A DNA stretch of 62,097 nucleotides, from the IMG/VR virus record IMGVR_UViG_3300018041_000006, positions 1-62,097 of that record. One strand, 5' to 3'. Source of the DNA: a virus (Duplodnaviria; Caudoviricetes). Below are positions 1-8,646 of the stretch, piece by piece (positions within the stretch are counted from its first letter, which is position 1; each line of letters begins with the position of its first letter). A program made the position numbers and the translations under genes. A model generated the notes under the pieces. That model saw only the letters and a program-made list of their open reading frames with translations, was not told the DNA's origin and did no database searches.

Positions 1-545
1 ATAACTACCATTGGATCCTTATGATCACCTTCTGAAGGCCACGTGTATTCTCCTTGACCATAGTCATGTTTAATCCACTCATCACCTTTAAGAGAAACTC
101 CTAATTTTTTAGCTTGATGACGAGCTAATACTTTTTTAGCTAGGTGAAAACACTCATGCGGTAAAACATCCATCATTGCAGCGAATAAGCTACCGCTTGC
201 TTCAGCCTCGCCTTTTAAACGATCCATAGTTATCCACAAAAACATATCAGCGCCGCCGTTCATTACGTTAGACATACCATAAAGAAATGCATCAGTAGGT
301 TTAGTATCATATGCCTCAGCCTCGGCCTTTTTTAAGCCTGTCCACTTTTCAATATCTTCCGCGATTGAGAACATACCGACTGCATCTGGGCCCAAGGCTA
401 ATAGAACCTCATCGTCTATTTTAATCTCATCGCTAATATCAAATTGCAACTTAACTACTTTAGTAACTACACCTGCATCAAGTGCTTCTGTTAGTTTAGT
501 GGTATTCTCACTAATAAATTGTTCGAATAATTCTACGTGTTTCAT
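1..545 (-). CDS. HEXXH zinc-metallopeptidase-like protein with capsid-targeting-like leader (3' end runs off the window; absent from the ORF track)
   Basis: Manual translation from ATG 545 gives MKHVELFEQFISENTTKL...LPHECFHLAKK..., with no stop before position 1. Confidence 0.7.
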   Translation of the reverse strand, partial: MKHVELFEQFISENTTKLTEALDAGVVTKVVKLQFDISDEIKIDDEVLLALGPDAVGMFSIAEDIEKWTGLKKAEAEAYDTKPTDAFLYGMSNVMNGGADMFLWITMDRLKGEAEASGSLFAAMMDVLPHECFHLAKKVLARHQAKKLGVSLKGDEWIKHDYGQGEYTWPSEGDHKDPMVV

Positions 546-612
546 AATATAATGTTTTGATTACAATGAGTGCCATGGTTTAATCCAATACTCAAAAAAA
601 ACTTTTTTAAGT

Positions 613-3288
613 TTACCAGACATAGTCCATATTTTGAATCTTTTTAATTCTATCTTTAATAGACTTTGCATAGTTCTTAACTTCTCTTTCGTAATAACTA
701 CCTTCATATCCAGCATTCTTTTCTTGTTCTGCGTTATTTGTATAGTCTACGTATCTTCTAAAGTCATCTAATAGATTTGACATTGCGTTCGAAGCATCTC
801 TTAAAGAAACACTTCTTCCTTTAGGATCTGTTCCAATAATCGGTTCACCGTATTTAGATGTTTCTTTATTAGCAATTCCATTTTTAATTTGCTCAGCAAC
901 AACATCAATGGCCTTTAAAACTTCAGCGTCTATTGGCATTTGTGCTGCTCGATTTGCAAGAATTGTGTGGTATCTGTCCTTATTTTCTTTTCTAAAATCT
1001 TTATCAGACTTGAAGGCAATTGCTCCTTTTTTAGATTGCTCTCTTTCAGTTCTTTTTGCAGATGATGAGTATCTTGCATCTAGTACGTCAAGATCTAATA
1101 CATACGCTCTGTCGGCTAATTCTGCAACTTTTGTTAGACTTGATATTCCTGAACCCCATTCATCCTGTGTACTTGATTTTGAGAATCCTATACTATCATC
1201 TCTTTTTGAAGTTGTTACTGTTGATTCACCTCGCATCCATCCCGTAGATAACCATTGATTCTTGCCATCTGTCATTGCAAGTAGTGTGTTTCCAGGAATA
1301 CTTTTTACACCATATGAATATGACTTTGCATATGGGTTTTCTTTTTCATTTGTTGTAAAGTAAAAATATACAGCTCTATTTCTTTTTTCTTTTTTAGCAG
1401 AAATTGGATCCATTTCAATAATATCAATATCTTCAATTTTATCTAGTTGAAGTTTTGACATTGAATAAAATGACTTTGCTAGATTCTTTGGCATTGATTT
1501 TGCACCTGCTAGAATAGACTGTAGCTTTGAAGACTTAAATGCTTCATTAACTGTGTTATTACTTAAAGATTGTACATATGATTTAAAAGACTCATATATG
1601 AATTTGTCCTCTTTTTTGTTTCTCTTTGATTCAAATTCTCCATTTTGAGCCATTGATAATAATGCAGTTGCTATTTTTTCAGCCTTAGCACCCTTATGTC
1701 CATAAGTTGCAACTGTTTCTCTAGCATCATCAGGTAACATGTCAGCTAATTCCCATGGATCATATTCTCCTAAAAGATCTAGTAAAATATTTTTAGCTTC
1801 TTTTTCTTCTTTACCTTCACTTACTGCTCTATCCTCTTTAATTGTTACTGGATATTTTTTACCGTCAAATTCAAATTCTTTATCTCCAGCATCTTTTGCT
1901 TTTTTAGCAGCCGCAACAAATGCTCTACCTTCTTTAATTGTTACTGGATATTTTTTACCATCAAATTCAAATTCTTTGTCTCCATCGTCTTTTGCTTTTT
2001 TAGCAGCCGCAACAAATGCTCTACCCTCTGTAGTTACTGATTCAAACTGTAAAGAATCAAGCTTAATATTCATTGAAACCATGTCCATTGGTCCTTTACC
2101 ATCTTCATAGTCTACTGTAGCCATTGATCCAGTCGGTGAAAATTCTATAATCTTAAATCTACCAGGGAATCTGATATTCTCACCATAAACGGTTTCACCT
2201 TTCTCAACAGCCTTGATAGCTTTCTTAATTTTAGGATGAATACCTTCGTTAATTGCCGATTCTTCAATATACTCAGCTAATCCATCATCACACCATCCAT
2301 AGTCACAATCACTTAGTACCTTTTCAAGGTCTTTTCTTTTACCTTGCATTGTAATTACCGGGTGACCTCCACCTGGACCATCCATCATTTTATCAGTGAT
2401 CTTAACTCTATTTTTCTTTAAGAATTTTAAGAAGTCTTTATCATCTGGATCTACTGCATCCATTTCTACACGAGCCTCACAAATCTTAGATTCGTCATAA
2501 CCATCATAGTCATCATAATAGTCTTCATCACCTCCAGTATACCATGACTGGTTTGGATCCGATGCTGCTTCTTTGGTAAAATCATGTCTTTTCCAGTTAT
2601 ATTTAGCAGTTGTTACGAGCGCTGGAAAAAGAGGTTTTTTACCTTTATCTCTTGTTTCTAGACTTCCAAATGCAATAGCAATACCGAAATCTCTTAAAGA
2701 TTTAGAAACCATTTTGATTTTTTTCGTAAGACTTTTATCTTCTAAGTCTTCTTCAGAATATCCATTCATTCTAGCAAGCAATTCATAATAGTCCATTCCT
2801 CCGAATTCTCCATAGCCTTCGTATTTACCTTCAAACCAAGAATTTCCTCTATTATCATACATCCAAACGTCAATTGTATTCTCTTTGTCAGAACCGATTT
2901 GCTCTTCAGTATCTTGTGTCATCCATGAGAATTGACCCTCTGCGATCATAAAAGATTCAGTAATTTCTTCTTCAGATTCTTCTTCATTAATATTTAATAC
3001 CGACAGCGCTCTAGACCCTATTTTTGATAGTGATACTCCATCTTCAGAAACATTAAAATATCTAGAATTCCTAGAGATCCATTTTGGGGCACTTTTTGAA
3101 AATTCAGAAACTAATTTTTCAAAATCTTCGCTTGTAATTGTTGTTGTTCCAACAGTTGACAATATTTTATTTCTTACCTTTGCTGCAAATCCAATTGTAA
3201 TTGCTGGGTGATTTTCAGTATATTGTCTTTTTACAACGATTTTCTTTGACTCGCTTAGATTGCGAGAAAATTCATTAAAATCAATCAT
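613..3288 (-). CDS. 891-aa multi-module putative internal head (poly)protein
   Basis: Leader MIDFNEF; repeated ES..[VI]xE linkers; tandem 32-aa repeat; GQFSW...YEGYGEFGG domain. Confidence 0.6.
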   Translation of the reverse strand: MIDFNEFSRNLSESKKIVVKRQYTENHPAITIGFAAKVRNKILSTVGTTTITSEDFEKLVSEFSKSAPKWISRNSRYFNVSEDGVSLSKIGSRALSVLNINEEESEEEITESFMIAEGQFSWMTQDTEEQIGSDKENTIDVWMYDNRGNSWFEGKYEGYGEFGGMDYYELLARMNGYSEEDLEDKSLTKKIKMVSKSLRDFGIAIAFGSLETRDKGKKPLFPALVTTAKYNWKRHDFTKEAASDPNQSWYTGGDEDYYDDYDGYDESKICEARVEMDAVDPDDKDFLKFLKKNRVKITDKMMDGPGGGHPVITMQGKRKDLEKVLSDCDYGWCDDGLAEYIEESAINEGIHPKIKKAIKAVEKGETVYGENIRFPGRFKIIEFSPTGSMATVDYEDGKGPMDMVSMNIKLDSLQFESVTTEGRAFVAAAKKAKDDGDKEFEFDGKKYPVTIKEGRAFVAAAKKAKDAGDKEFEFDGKKYPVTIKEDRAVSEGKEEKEAKNILLDLLGEYDPWELADMLPDDARETVATYGHKGAKAEKIATALLSMAQNGEFESKRNKKEDKFIYESFKSYVQSLSNNTVNEAFKSSKLQSILAGAKSMPKNLAKSFYSMSKLQLDKIEDIDIIEMDPISAKKEKRNRAVYFYFTTNEKENPYAKSYSYGVKSIPGNTLLAMTDGKNQWLSTGWMRGESTVTTSKRDDSIGFSKSSTQDEWGSGISSLTKVAELADRAYVLDLDVLDARYSSSAKRTEREQSKKGAIAFKSDKDFRKENKDRYHTILANRAAQMPIDAEVLKAIDVVAEQIKNGIANKETSKYGEPIIGTDPKGRSVSLRDASNAMSNLLDDFRRYVDYTNNAEQEKNAGYEGSYYEREVKNYAKSIKDRIKKIQNMDYVW
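1835..2026. repeat. Two near-identical 96-bp tandem copies encoding EGRAFVAAAKKAKDxGDKEFEFDGKKYPVTIK
   Basis: tctttaattgttactggata begins at 1835 and again at 1931. Confidence 0.95.
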
Positions 3289-3309
3289 TTTATTGCTTGT
3301 TTTATTTTT

Positions 3310-5151
3310 TTATATATTCTTTATAAATTTTTCAAATGTTAAAAACTCCGATTCATTAGTAGACACGCTGTCTTCTAATTTTGTTTTTAGCTCATTGTAC
3401 ATTCCATGAATTTGCTTAGGAGTTAATTTTTTAAATAGCTTTTCATCGTTGTCAAGCATTGCATTTCTTACTTGAGTTGCTGAAATATTTTTACCAGTTC
3501 TTGGAATCTCGAATAGACCAAAATCATCTCTGACTCCGAGATCTTCTCTATATTCTGGTTTATCTACTTGGTATGAATAAGTTTTAAGCCTATCAGTTCC
3601 AGTACCCCAAAGTACAGGTTCATAGCCGTCTGCCCTCATTGCATTAAACATGTGGTCTATACCAGCAGTTGGAAGAACATAAACTTTTTCAATAGGATAC
3701 TTTGACTTTAATTGATTAAGCATTGCAATTTGAGTTTCCTCGTCATAAGGTCTCTTAAATGCATCCTCTGGTTTTTTAGTCTTTGATTTAATTAAAAATA
3801 TAACTACTGGATAACCATTTTGTTTGTTAATAGTTTCTATTACCTTAGCATGTCCCAATGTAAATGGCTGAAAGCGACCAACAAACATATTTACTGGCTT
3901 TTTACCTTGTTTAGGGTAACTAACAGTCAGTGCTTCAGTAATAGGACTTACTTGATGTTTTAGGTTTTCGTGATTTAAAAATGTTTTAAAGCTCATGAGA
4001 TTTGATTCATTGTTTTGAAGCATTACAACTGACTCTATTTTATCAACGATCTCGTTAATTTGAGACATTAAGTCATTGTTAATAATTTCAGTTTCTTTAA
4101 GTCTTCTTTTTCTAAAAGAACCTAGCGCAATTTTATATAATTCTTCTAGCACCTGGTTAGCTACTAACTCTATTGTTTTTTCATTAGTGATAAACTTAGT
4201 GTTTAGTGAAAAACTTGGTGAGTCAGAAAATTCAGCAGACTCAAATTTAACTCCAATATATTTGGTTGCGTTTTTATCAACATATGCATTAAATAATTGA
4301 GAGATTAGTTCAATATATCTTTTGTCAGAATCATTTTCGTTTAATTCTAGGTTTTCAATATCATATGTTGTAAAATATTCAACTAAATCTAGTAGTGCTA
4401 TCTGGTATATGTCAGATGGTTTTCTGTTTTCTTTTATAAGATCTTCTCCTTGACATATCTTAAAACTCTTTACACTTTTACCTTCGAAAAAATTAATAAT
4501 AATTGAATCAATCTCACCATCTAAATCTTCATTAAGAGCAGTTGAATTTAATCCTCTATTAAATATAGAATACATTTTTCTAGAAAAGCTTAGAGACTCA
4601 AACTGTGCATCGAAATCAGTATCGCTTAAATTTAGTAATTTTGTAATCTCATCCTTTTGATAATCAGAAAGTTTTCCTTGGTGTAAAATTTGAGGTCTTT
4701 GTACTTCTAGGATGTCAGCCCACTTTTCTAAGATTTTAGGATCTCTGATTACTTTCTTTATTAAAGTAGGGTCATTAGGACTCATTACTTGTATATGTGA
4801 AAGCATCAAATTATTTTTAGGTATTCTGTCGTACTTTATATTGACTGTTTTTGAATCGGTCATATAATCAAATCCAAATCTCCAGTCTAAAGGCATTTGC
4901 TCTTTAATATGATCGGGCTGTGATTCAAAATAGGTCACTGCATTTTCATAGTACTTTACAATTGTTCTATCAACCTTATCCATTGGTGATTTATTTCCAC
5001 TCTTATGATAATTATATCCTTTATCAGTTTTTTGAACATGGAAAGAAGACGCTTGTATCTTTTCTGCAACAACGCAGGTTAGATTTAGCATTTTTTGAAA
5101 ATCATTAATATTGCTTTCGCTATAATATGTTCTTAAATTTTGTAGTGCCAT
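3310..5151 (-). CDS. Fusion of a degenerate ligase-like N-terminal domain and a C-terminal HxGH cytidylyltransferase/NMNAT-superfamily domain
   Basis: FVGRFQPFTLGH (HIGH-type motif), GTDR, ISATQVR; N-terminal VAEKIQASS resembles ligase motif I (EKxDG) without the DG. Confidence 0.75.
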   Translation of the reverse strand: MALQNLRTYYSESNINDFQKMLNLTCVVAEKIQASSFHVQKTDKGYNYHKSGNKSPMDKVDRTIVKYYENAVTYFESQPDHIKEQMPLDWRFGFDYMTDSKTVNIKYDRIPKNNLMLSHIQVMSPNDPTLIKKVIRDPKILEKWADILEVQRPQILHQGKLSDYQKDEITKLLNLSDTDFDAQFESLSFSRKMYSIFNRGLNSTALNEDLDGEIDSIIINFFEGKSVKSFKICQGEDLIKENRKPSDIYQIALLDLVEYFTTYDIENLELNENDSDKRYIELISQLFNAYVDKNATKYIGVKFESAEFSDSPSFSLNTKFITNEKTIELVANQVLEELYKIALGSFRKRRLKETEIINNDLMSQINEIVDKIESVVMLQNNESNLMSFKTFLNHENLKHQVSPITEALTVSYPKQGKKPVNMFVGRFQPFTLGHAKVIETINKQNGYPVVIFLIKSKTKKPEDAFKRPYDEETQIAMLNQLKSKYPIEKVYVLPTAGIDHMFNAMRADGYEPVLWGTGTDRLKTYSYQVDKPEYREDLGVRDDFGLFEIPRTGKNISATQVRNAMLDNDEKLFKKLTPKQIHGMYNELKTKLEDSVSTNESEFLTFEKFIKNI

Positions 5152-5159
5152 AGTTTCTT

Positions 5160-5474
5160 TTAATTAGGCCAAATCATTACAGTTCCTGCATCATGCCATT
5201 CACTATACCAACCTCTTTTATTAAGTTCTTTTTCCCACCTTTTGTCTACCCCAAATATTCTATTTTTGTGGTCCATTGAATAGTAGTCATAAATTCTTTT
5301 ACCTTTGTACTCGTCTCCATTTTCTCCAGAAATCCATATTCCACCAGGAGAGCCATTGAATTCTTCAGATTGACTTACAAAATCAAGATATTGTTCTAAC
5401 CATACCATCATTTCATCCCTATCTATAGATTTAGCTTCATTTACAAATTGTTCGAATATCATTATGTGTTTCAT
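5160..5474 (-). CDS. Small protein with capsid-targeting-like leader
   Basis: The second ATG (5474) gives MKHIMIFEQFVNEA and avoids overlap with the upstream gene. Confidence 0.75.
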   Translation of the reverse strand: MKHIMIFEQFVNEAKSIDRDEMMVWLEQYLDFVSQSEEFNGSPGGIWISGENGDEYKGKRIYDYYSMDHKNRIFGVDKRWEKELNKRGWYSEWHDAGTVMIWPN

Positions 5475-5475
5475 T

Positions 5476-6756
5476 TTACCTACCATATTTTATTATTCCT
5501 AAAAGTTGATTAAATGGAGCAAAAGTTCCAGTTAGCTTATAGGTTTTTCCTTTGTATATAAATACTAGTCCTTCGGAAGGAACTACTGATTCGATTCCTC
5601 CAATTCTTTCTAGTCTTGTGAGTTCAGTTTCTACTCTTTTAATTTGATCTATGTCTCCTCCTTTTTTAATCTTTGCAGCTTCTTCTCTAAAATGTTTATG
5701 TAATCTTTGCATTTCTTCACTTGGATTTGCTGCTACAAAATTAGAGGCATTCTTTAAAATAATAGATCCTAATTCTAAGAAAAGATCTTCAAAAGGTCTA
5801 ATGTTTTCTTTGTATTTCTTTTTAACATCTTCTTTATCAAACTTTTTAATTGCAGCAAGTTGTGTCTTATCTACTAATTTACCAATTGATCGTAGATCTA
5901 AAGTTTGCTTATCGCCATATGCCCATCTTAAAAGAAGACCTTCTTTAACATCTTGTGTTAATTCTCCAAAATATTTTTCGATTTGTTCTCTCCACCAAGC
6001 CTCATGGTATCTAGATACTTCATCAGAATCTTCAAGATTGTATTGTTTTCTTAAAGCTTCAATTTTTTTAAAAAACTTATCTTTATTCTCTTCAAAGTTA
6101 ATATCTTTTGCTAGCTTTATAATTTGTGGAGGAATAATCGTAAATGTTTTCCCAATATTTGCCTGTACTTTAGACAAAGCATCGGCAACTGCCTTTGCTG
6201 AACCCTTAACATCACCAATAATATTACCTTCACCGTCAGTCTCTTTAATGCCGTGAAATTGAATTACATCTCGGTCATACCTAATTACATTTGGATTTTT
6301 CGAGTAAATCAGCTCCATATTCATAAAGTTTTTACCATTGTTAAAAACTTCTTGATCTTTTGTTGAAAGCTTTATTAGTTGATATGCTAAATCCTCTGCT
6401 GCAAATTGAAAAGTATCTTGTACTCCTTTACTTGAGTGTCCTTCAAACTTTTCCTTAAACTCCGTAAGATTCATTGGAAATTTTAAACCTCCTTTATTTC
6501 TAGCAAATTTTACTTCACCATCTTGAATTGTAGCAAACAGATTTTGACCATCTGTCTTTTCAGTAGCTTCTTCTTCAAAATTTAATTCACCTTGCAGACC
6601 AACTTCAACTAATTTTTTAAAATCTCCAAATGTTAATGACTTATCATCAAATGGATGGCTCATATGGCCTGCAGCTCCGCCTTCTAATACAAGATCATCG
6701 CTGTTAAACCCTGATGCTTTCTCATTTAAAAATTCTTGGTATGTAAATAATTTCAT
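5476..6756 (-). CDS. Covalent nucleotidyltransferase (RNA-ligase-like) protein of the GGAAGHMxHPFD phage family
   Basis: TEKTDGQN (motif I), NMELIY (III), SEGLVF (IV), YKLTG (V); leader MKLFTYQEFLNE. Confidence 0.6.
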   Translation of the reverse strand: MKLFTYQEFLNEKASGFNSDDLVLEGGAAGHMSHPFDDKSLTFGDFKKLVEVGLQGELNFEEEATEKTDGQNLFATIQDGEVKFARNKGGLKFPMNLTEFKEKFEGHSSKGVQDTFQFAAEDLAYQLIKLSTKDQEVFNNGKNFMNMELIYSKNPNVIRYDRDVIQFHGIKETDGEGNIIGDVKGSAKAVADALSKVQANIGKTFTIIPPQIIKLAKDINFEENKDKFFKKIEALRKQYNLEDSDEVSRYHEAWWREQIEKYFGELTQDVKEGLLLRWAYGDKQTLDLRSIGKLVDKTQLAAIKKFDKEDVKKKYKENIRPFEDLFLELGSIILKNASNFVAANPSEEMQRLHKHFREEAAKIKKGGDIDQIKRVETELTRLERIGGIESVVPSEGLVFIYKGKTYKLTGTFAPFNQLLGIIKYGR

Positions 6757-6770
6757 CTTATTACTTATTA

Positions 6771-8609
6771 TTATCCTAGCGATGAGGTCAACATTCCTAC
6801 TGCTGCTCCGTAATCACCATCTGTTTTTGATAGTATACCATCAACCACTTCTTGGGCTTTACCTTCGTCAAAGTCTTCGCCAAATGCTTTTTGAAGAACT
6901 GTAAATGCATATTCTTTAAATTCTTCGTCAGACTTAATTTCTCCTTCATTTACAGTTTCAGTTGATTCGAATGCAAACTCTGAATTATTACCTTTTGAAA
7001 ACTCATCATGTTGATCTGCGGGTACAATTGCTAGCATACCAACGTCCTTTTTTCTAACTTTTAAATCTGTAATAGCTTTTTGTTTAGCTTTCCATAAAGA
7101 TTCTGCTTCAAATTCATGCTTTTTACCATTATGGAATGCATAAAATCTAGTTTCATTAGTTACAGATTCTCCTAATGCAAATAAGAAATCTCTATCTAAT
7201 TCTTCACCATATCTATCGTCAAAGATTTCTTCTAAATCTTTTACAGTAACTCTACCTTTATAATCATTTTCAATATCGTCAATTACATCCATATGATCGC
7301 TTTGTAGAATGTCTTCGCCATACGCTGAATCCCATGCGTCAATAATGTCGCTTGCTTTATATTTCTTGGCTTCATTTGTTACAGATTCTCCAGCAAATTC
7401 TTTCGCATTTTCTTTATCTTCTTTATCCACATTTTTTACTGGATATTCTTCATCTCCAACTTTAAAAGTTTTATCTCCTTTAGCGATTGCCTTTGCCCTA
7501 GCCGCACCAAATTCATTACCTTCTTTTACTCTAGATTCTAGAATTTGTAAACTATCAAATAACGTATTAAAAGTGTTAATTAATTCTTGAGCAATTTTAG
7601 TATCTCCAATTTGGTCTAAGTACAATGCTGTACCTTCTACAATTGCAAGTCCACTCCAACTAGCAGCATTAGAAATTCTACTTGATTCATTATACTCTAA
7701 TTCATCGGTAAGTTTTCTAGAAGATATGTTAACTTCAATTCCTCCTAAACTTTCAACTGGAACAACAATAGATCCTAAAGATCCTTTAATTCTTCTTGAA
7801 CAAGCTGCTGCTTCTCTATGAAAATTTGCGTCAACCATCGCTGCGTTAAAAATAACTTTTATTGCTCCTCGAAGAGCATCTCCACCATCATATTTTTTAA
7901 GATCTAAAATTGCAGGGTATCTTTTATTGAAAATATGATTATATTGAGTTGCTACTTTTTTTGCATCTCTTTTACCCGTTACAATTACTGCCTCATTTAC
8001 ACTGTATGATTCAAAAGCAGGTCTTAGATTATCATCTTCATAGGTATCTGCCATATACCATTTATTATCTCTTTCGTCGTATAGATATATGAATTCTGCC
8101 CAAGACTGTTTAGCATCTCCTATAAAAGTTCTAATTGCTCCAGCATTACCCGTTAATGGATCTTCACCGTCATTATAGTAGTTAATTGAGTTTGGGTCTG
8201 AATCAAGTCCAGAACCTGCTCCATTTTTTAAAACAGTGTAGATGTTTTTCTTTTTTGATCCACTATATCCTTTCTTTATTAAGGGTAACATGTTTTCTGG
8301 GTATCCATCGTAGTGCATATATACTGCTTCGATGTCTCCTTTTCTATCTATTTTTCCAAAAAATGATCTTGTTCCTTCTTCTACTAGTGAAAGTGATTCA
8401 TTTAAATCAGTGCCTTCTAGTCTTGAAAAGAATTCTGTTCTTTTTTCTTCTTCTAGTTCAGAAACTTTAGTTACTCCATATTCTGATAATAGATCTCTAA
8501 AACTCCTAGCCGATTCTTCTCTAACCTGATTGTTTTTAGATTCTAGCTCGGCAGCTGCCTTTTCGTTTTTAATTTTAGTGTATTCGTCAAACGATCGTAA
8601 TGTATTCAT
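6771..8609 (-). CDS. 612-aa multi-module putative internal head (poly)protein
   Basis: Leader MNTLRSFDEY; six ES..VxE linkers; YMHYDGYP domain; one copy of the EGxxF..A..K.F...YPV module. Confidence 0.6.
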   Translation of the reverse strand: MNTLRSFDEYTKIKNEKAAAELESKNNQVREESARSFRDLLSEYGVTKVSELEEEKRTEFFSRLEGTDLNESLSLVEEGTRSFFGKIDRKGDIEAVYMHYDGYPENMLPLIKKGYSGSKKKNIYTVLKNGAGSGLDSDPNSINYYNDGEDPLTGNAGAIRTFIGDAKQSWAEFIYLYDERDNKWYMADTYEDDNLRPAFESYSVNEAVIVTGKRDAKKVATQYNHIFNKRYPAILDLKKYDGGDALRGAIKVIFNAAMVDANFHREAAACSRRIKGSLGSIVVPVESLGGIEVNISSRKLTDELEYNESSRISNAASWSGLAIVEGTALYLDQIGDTKIAQELINTFNTLFDSLQILESRVKEGNEFGAARAKAIAKGDKTFKVGDEEYPVKNVDKEDKENAKEFAGESVTNEAKKYKASDIIDAWDSAYGEDILQSDHMDVIDDIENDYKGRVTVKDLEEIFDDRYGEELDRDFLFALGESVTNETRFYAFHNGKKHEFEAESLWKAKQKAITDLKVRKKDVGMLAIVPADQHDEFSKGNNSEFAFESTETVNEGEIKSDEEFKEYAFTVLQKAFGEDFDEGKAQEVVDGILSKTDGDYGAAVGMLTSSLG

Positions 8610-8646
8610 TTTTGTATAATACTTTATTTTATGATTATGTTACCTT

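Noticed and set aside
546-612. Weak tgagt...actca inverted repeat between genes
   Set aside because: Only 5 bp of clean pairing and no U-tract in the sense direction
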